Origin: Candidatus Kapaibacterium sp.
GTDB lineage: Bacteria; Bacteroidota; Ignavibacteria; Kapaibacteriales; UBA2268
DNA length: 64,000 nucleotides
Direction: 5' to 3'
Assembly: GCA_026390695.1 (NCBI GenBank)
Contig: JAPLFL010000070.1
Coordinates: 624 to 64,623 of the forward strand
Position 1 is the stretch's first letter, and every line of letters starts with the position of its first letter. This document shows, piece after piece, positions 59,421 to 64,000 of the stretch. A program made the translations under genes and the position numbers. Below the pieces are notes generated by a model. It searched no databases. It saw only the letters and a list, made by a program, of their open reading frames with translations, and was not told where the DNA came from.

Positions 59421-61565
59421 ATGATAAAGTTTAAATATTCAATAACACCGGTGGAATCTGATTTCAAGAGAATTCTGTTATTGATATTTTCATTTACTAT
59501 TATTACTTTCCGCCTTATTACCGATTCATTAATTTTTTTAATTTCTGATACTAATTCATCACTTTCAATTATTTGGAAATTTTTTACATTCTTAGCCTTA
59601 GGAGCTTGTTTTTTCCTATATATTTTTTCTAAAAAAGTTGAGACAAACGATGAATTTGAAGATTCTTCAACTATTTTGTTTTTTAAGCTTATTGGTAAAA
59701 ATATTTATTACCTTTTGTTTCTTGCCAGTATATCTATTATTCTTAAATTCACCAGTTCTGATGGGAATCAACCTCAAAATCTATTTGCATTTTTAATTGT
59801 GGAATTGGGTTCCATCGTAAGTCTCTTTTTTATACTGAATATTTTATATTTTATATATTCCGGATTTATTCTCAGACCTCATAAAAGGACTAAAACATAT
59901 CTGAAAATAATAGGCTCTGGCTTTGTCTATCTAATTTTTACCAATTTAATTTTTAGTATTATAAAAGTAAAAAATTCAACTGTCAATGATGTAATATATA
60001 TTGTAATTCTCGTAATTTTATCATTGTTAGTTTTCATTAATACTAAGAAAAACAGTTGGATTGTGGTTCTACCGCGAGGGAAAAAATACAAGGTCTTTTG
60101 GTTGAGTTTCTGTGCAATTATTTTATCAATAACTATTGCAATCGGATCCTTAGCTAATAATGGCGATTTGGGTAAATCTTATTATGTTTTTCTGCCGGGT
60201 TTTCGGGATTTAATCGCTATCAGTCTTATTTTTCTTTCATTTTATTTGCTAAGGATTTTTTTCTCATCTTTTACTTCTCTTCCTACAAGTGGCATAGTGG
60301 AGCGCAAGACTTCTGAACTTAGCTCCCTTACTTATTTAAACAGATTAATTTCCGAAGCAATTGAAATTGACAGACTAATCGATACAGTTACAAAACTTGC
60401 TCTGGGCGCAGGTGAAGCTAATGTTGCCTGGACTGAATTTTATGATTCTGATGGAAGAATGCTTGTCAAATCCACTCAATTCATTAACTCAGAGCAGGTG
60501 CAGTTTATTCATGAAAATACCCCAATTCGAAAATATTTTGATTCAATTTCCAAATCTTCAATTATTGATTCTATTCCTCAAAGTGCAGAATTATCCGAAC
60601 TTTCTCATTTATATGGTGCAGCAAAATCTTTGATTTCAGTTCCTCTGTTTGAATCGGATAAAAGAATAGGGACATTGGTTGTTATTCACTCCGATGAGTA
60701 CGGTTTTGAGCCATCAGATGTCCGAGTTTTATCTGCTTTTGGAGATAATGTCGGAATTGCACTAGAAAATAATAGATTATTAAATTCTGTCATTGAAAAG
60801 GAACATTATAAAAGAGAGCTTATTTTAGCGCAAAAAATTCAGCAAAAATTGCTTCCACAAGATTTACCAACTCTCGCTAATTATTCATTATCCGCCATGA
60901 CATTCCCTTCCGAAGAAGTAGGAGGTGATTATTATGATGCAGTTTTCTTAAAAGACGGAAGACTGTGCATCTTGATCGGTGATGTCTCGGGAAAGGGAAT
61001 AACTGCGGCTTTTTATATGGCACAACTCAAAGGTGTTGTTCTATCAGTGGCAAACGAAGCAACCGGTGCAGCCGATATTCTTAAAAGAATAAATTCTACT
61101 CTCTATGGATCCATGGAGAAGCAGATGTATATCACAATTAGTAGTATAGTGATTGACTCAAATTCAGGAAATATTTCAATTGCCAGAGCCGGTCACATGC
61201 CAACATTAATTAAAAATAAAGGTAAAGTTCTAATGCTAACTCCTAATGGGCTTGGGATTGGACTTGTAAGCAGCAAAGTATTCGATCGTGTAATTGAAGA
61301 GCGTCAGGAGCAGCTTTTCAAAGGTGACATGTGCTTACTTTTTACGGACGGGGTCAACGAACATAGAAATAATTTAAGTGAAGAACTTGGGTATGAACCT
61401 CTGATAAAAATATGCGAAGAGCCCAGCACTGAGGATTCATCTACACTTTTATTAGATTTATATAAAAAAGTAAAAGATTATGCTGACGGTGCTTTACAGC
61501 ACGACGATATGACAATTGTCTCGCTTATATACAAAGGACAAGATATTGGTACGGTTTTTGAATAA
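59421..61565 (+). CDS. Membrane sensor phosphatase: multi-TM N-domain + GAF-like domain + PP2C/SpoIIE-type Ser phosphatase (RsbU-like)
   Basis: ~8-10 hydrophobic helices in the first ~300 aa. GAF-like middle region. PP2C block GDYYD...ILIGDVSGKGITAAFYMAQLKG...ARAGHMP...LFTDGVNE...HDDMTIV. Confidence 0.7.
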   Translation: MIKFKYSITPVESDFKRILLLIFSFTIITFRLITDSLIFLISDTNSSLSIIWKFFTFLALGACFFLYIFSKKVETNDEFEDSSTILFFKLIGKNIYYLLFLASISIILKFTSSDGNQPQNLFAFLIVELGSIVSLFFILNILYFIYSGFILRPHKRTKTYLKIIGSGFVYLIFTNLIFSIIKVKNSTVNDVIYIVILVILSLLVFINTKKNSWIVVLPRGKKYKVFWLSFCAIILSITIAIGSLANNGDLGKSYYVFLPGFRDLIAISLIFLSFYLLRIFFSSFTSLPTSGIVERKTSELSSLTYLNRLISEAIEIDRLIDTVTKLALGAGEANVAWTEFYDSDGRMLVKSTQFINSEQVQFIHENTPIRKYFDSISKSSIIDSIPQSAELSELSHLYGAAKSLISVPLFESDKRIGTLVVIHSDEYGFEPSDVRVLSAFGDNVGIALENNRLLNSVIEKEHYKRELILAQKIQQKLLPQDLPTLANYSLSAMTFPSEEVGGDYYDAVFLKDGRLCILIGDVSGKGITAAFYMAQLKGVVLSVANEATGAADILKRINSTLYGSMEKQMYITISSIVIDSNSGNISIARAGHMPTLIKNKGKVLMLTPNGLGIGLVSSKVFDRVIEERQEQLFKGDMCLLFTDGVNEHRNNLSEELGYEPLIKICEEPSTEDSSTLLLDLYKKVKDYADGALQHDDMTIVSLIYKGQDIGTVFE

Positions 61566-61670
61566 TTTTGTTGCGGTTTTCTTTTTTTGATTAGTTTGTT
61601 TGAATAAATTGTATTTTGCCGAATAAAGAATTTTGAAAATTAAAATAGCGTTTCGGAGAACGCAAAAAGT

Positions 61671-62048
61671 ATGGGAAATGATTTGAAATTTGCTATTGAA
61701 TGCAGGACAAAAGGCGATATTAACTGCATTGAACTTTCCGGATATCTTGATGCTCATACCGCCCCTCAATTAGAGGATGAAATTCATGATCTTGTCAAAT
61801 CCGGCAAAAATAAGATTATAGTTAATTTTAATAATCTTGATTATATCTCAAGTGCAGGACTGGGAGTTTTCATGGCATTTATCGAAGATGTCCGTTTTTC
61901 AGGTGGTGATATTAAATTATCATCAATGAGACCGAAAGTCTTTTCGGTGTTTGACTTGCTTGGCTTCCCAGTTTTGTTTGATATTGTTCAAAATGACGAA
62001 GCAGCTATTGAAAAATTTAATTTAAATCCAATTAATGGTAATGAATAG
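61671..62048 (+). CDS. STAS-domain anti-sigma-factor antagonist (RsbV/SpoIIAA-like)
   Basis: LDYISSAGLGVF with the conserved phosphorylatable Ser. 125 aa. Confidence 0.75.
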   Translation: MGNDLKFAIECRTKGDINCIELSGYLDAHTAPQLEDEIHDLVKSGKNKIIVNFNNLDYISSAGLGVFMAFIEDVRFSGGDIKLSSMRPKVFSVFDLLGFPVLFDIVQNDEAAIEKFNLNPINGNE

Positions 62049-62490
62049 GAAAGATTCAACATATTATAAATTTAGGTGCGGTTCTTCCGAATATAGCGAA
62101 CTTGCTAAGATTCGTGATTTTATCAGCGAGAACGCACTTGGTCACGGAATTGGTGAGGAGATTGTATCAAAAGTAGCCCTTGCTGTTGATGAAGCCTGTG
62201 CCAATCTGATCAGACATGCCTATAAACTTGATAAGTCACATGAAATTTGTATTTCGTTACAAATAAATCCAGATAACTTAGAAATTGATATTCTTGATGA
62301 TGGACAACCATTTAATCCACTTGAAGTACCCACTCAAAATATGAAAGATTATTTCGACCGTTATCAAAAAGGTGGATTAGGAATCCATATAATAAAAAAA
62401 ATAATGGACGAAATAGTCTATATTCCATCCGATACTGATCATCCCCAAAACATACTCAAACTGATCAAACAAGTGAAATGCAATTGCTAA
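62035..62490 (+). CDS. Anti-sigma regulatory factor / Ser-protein kinase (RsbW/SpoIIAB-like HATPase_c)
   Basis: VDEACANLIRHAY N-box, G-box GGLGIHIIKKIMDE. Overlaps the STAS gene by 14 nt. Confidence 0.7.
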   Translation: MVMNRKDSTYYKFRCGSSEYSELAKIRDFISENALGHGIGEEIVSKVALAVDEACANLIRHAYKLDKSHEICISLQINPDNLEIDILDDGQPFNPLEVPTQNMKDYFDRYQKGGLGIHIIKKIMDEIVYIPSDTDHPQNILKLIKQVKCNC

Positions 62491-63473
62491 TACTCTCTCC
62501 CCGACAATTTATTTATCATCCAAACCAGCATATCTTTATAATAGCCATCTTTCAACGAAGACAGAGCATCAGCCGCAGTTTTAAAACGATTTGTCATTTC
62601 ACTTTTTGTTGATTTTATCGCTCCCGATCTTTCCAACAAATCCTGCATTTGACAAATATATTTTTCATCCAAACCTTTCTCAGCAAAAAATTTCCCAAGG
62701 AGATTAATATCTTCGTCTGTTTCAACCAATTCTTTGGCTTTAAGAACTATATATGTTTTCTTCCCTTCAATAATATCTTGTCCGATTTTTTTGCCAAATT
62801 TCAATTGCTCTGCCGTTAAATCAAGAAGATCGTCCTGAAGCTGAAAAGCTATTCCCAAAGAGCGTGCAAAGGTCTCTATTACTCTGATTTCATTTTCGCT
62901 GGCAATACCAAAATGCGCTCCCATTAAAGCTGAAGCGGCTAATAAAGAAGATGTTTTTTTATTTATCATATTAAAATAATCATCAATTGAGAAATCGGGA
63001 TTATCAGAGGAATCCATATCAAGTACCTGCCCTTCGCAAACCTCGATAAGAGCCTGTGTCAGTTGATTCTGTATTTCCTGCCCGCGCAAGTGAGCTTTGG
63101 CTGAGGGCAATAATTTATAGGCATATCCGATCATTATATCACCAAGCAGAATGGCACTGGCTTCATTCCATTTTATATGCACAGTTTCGCGGCCACGGCG
63201 GATGGGAGAACGATCCATAATGTCGTCATGAACAAGAGTGAAATTATGGAGAATCTCGATAGCAGCTGCAAGGGAAGTAGCTTCTTCTGGATCTGCACCG
63301 ACCGCACCTGCACAAACCATTGTTAATACCGGACGGATGCGTTTTCCGCCGCCACTCATAATATAACGAAATTGTTCATAAAGTTCGAATTCATTAGATT
63401 CAGGAATAGTTTGAACTATCTTTTGTTCTGCTTTTTTTAAGAAAAGATCGTATTGTAATTGAAAATCTTGCAT
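62487..63473 (-). CDS. Polyprenyl diphosphate synthase (trans-IPPS)
   Basis: FARM LVHDDIMDRSPIRRG and SARM FQLQDDLLD. 328 aa. Confidence 0.8.
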   Translation of the reverse strand: MQDFQLQYDLFLKKAEQKIVQTIPESNEFELYEQFRYIMSGGGKRIRPVLTMVCAGAVGADPEEATSLAAAIEILHNFTLVHDDIMDRSPIRRGRETVHIKWNEASAILLGDIMIGYAYKLLPSAKAHLRGQEIQNQLTQALIEVCEGQVLDMDSSDNPDFSIDDYFNMINKKTSSLLAASALMGAHFGIASENEIRVIETFARSLGIAFQLQDDLLDLTAEQLKFGKKIGQDIIEGKKTYIVLKAKELVETDEDINLLGKFFAEKGLDEKYICQMQDLLERSGAIKSTKSEMTNRFKTAADALSSLKDGYYKDMLVWMINKLSGREY

Positions 63474-63680
63474 ATTGCGATAAATATGATTAATAAAGGA
63501 ATGTAAATTAAGAAAAAAATTAGTATTAAATGTGAGAATCAGTAGTAATCCTTATTTTAAAGAGTAAATTATTGTTACTAATTATCAAATTACTATAAAT
63601 TAATTTATTTAACTGATTTTCCCATAAAATTTGTTATTTTTGTTTTGGTGTAATTTGAAATATATTGTACAGGATTAAAT

Positions 63681-64000
63681 ATGGCAAGTTTTTCTGATGC
63701 CGAAGGATTGATAGATAAAGCCGATGCTCAGGTTAAGCTTGGTAATAACGATCAAGCCATCAAGCTCTATACCCAAGCTTTGGAGGCTAATCCCAGAGCT
63801 GCATTCGCTTTCTTCAAAAGAGGGAATGTTTATGTGAGTTTAAATAAACTTCGCGATGCTCTCAACGATTACAATTCTGCTATGATGCTTGATCCGAATT
63901 TTGCTTTTGCATATTTCAAACGAGGAAGTATATATCTGGATTTGAGACAATTTCAAAGTTCCATTGAAGACCTCAATAATGCCATTCAACTCAATCCTGA
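63681..64000 (+). CDS. TPR-repeat protein (partial, continues past the window end)
   Basis: ATG at 63681. Consecutive 34-aa TPR units (AIKLYTQALEANPRAAFAFFKRGNVY / ALNDYNSAMMLDPNFAFAYFKRGSIY / SIEDLNNAIQLNP). Confidence 0.6.
   Translation, partial: MASFSDAEGLIDKADAQVKLGNNDQAIKLYTQALEANPRAAFAFFKRGNVYVSLNKLRDALNDYNSAMMLDPNFAFAYFKRGSIYLDLRQFQSSIEDLNNAIQLNP

Noticed and set aside
1-64000. Search for tRNA, rRNA, tmRNA, RNase P and SRP RNA genes
   Set aside because: No cloverleaf-compatible GC-rich 70-90-nt segments and no recognisable conserved RNA motifs were seen in intergenic regions. The only GC-rich intergenic patches are the palindromic repeats and the leader at ~11700.

Overview
This 64 kb window is AT-rich chromosomal DNA, roughly one-third GC by eye. 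Genes are densely packed on both strands and most are preceded by Shine-Dalgarno-like AGGAG/GAGGA motifs. Three large secreted proteins end in T9SS (Por) C-terminal sorting domains. This suggests a low-GC member of the FCB group, possibly Ignavibacteria-like, but that is a guess from gene style and not verified. I support about 56 CDS. Many are housekeeping: rplU-rpmA, clpP-clpX, an acs-like AMP-forming synthetase, holA-mrdA, pdxB, clpC, surE, nnr, a polyprenyl synthase, a cyclophilin, a YrdC-family protein, ybaK and a thiamine pyrophosphokinase. Interleaved with these are envelope and polysaccharide genes: Wza-like and Wzz-like export proteins, GT2 and GT4 glycosyltransferases, a bi-domain oxidoreductase, DedA, a FadL-like outer-membrane protein and an NlpC/P60 peptidase. 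There are two paralogous MFS transporters and an orphan nuoD-like gene. Signalling genes include an ECF sigma/anti-sigma pair, an HDOD protein with a sensor kinase and a hybrid response regulator-kinase, and a membrane GAF-PP2C / STAS / anti-sigma-kinase partner-switching set. I found no rRNA, tRNA, CRISPR array, transposase or integrase. The most notable observations are these. (1) A previously unannotated MITE-like palindromic repeat family occurs at four intergenic sites and generates spurious ORFs. (2) A three-gene secreted operon encodes a 1146-aa LamG plus PNGase F-like N-glycanase T9SS protein, an HExxH T9SS protein and a permease-less ABC ATPase. (3) A partner-switching module has no sigma factor. 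(4) A DUF3391-like ORF is separated from an HDOD protein by a single in-frame stop. (5) An ECF sigma module has an anti-sigma factor with an OMP-like C-terminal tail. (6) A polyacidic, tryptophan-periodic protein sits where tig is usually found upstream of clpPX.
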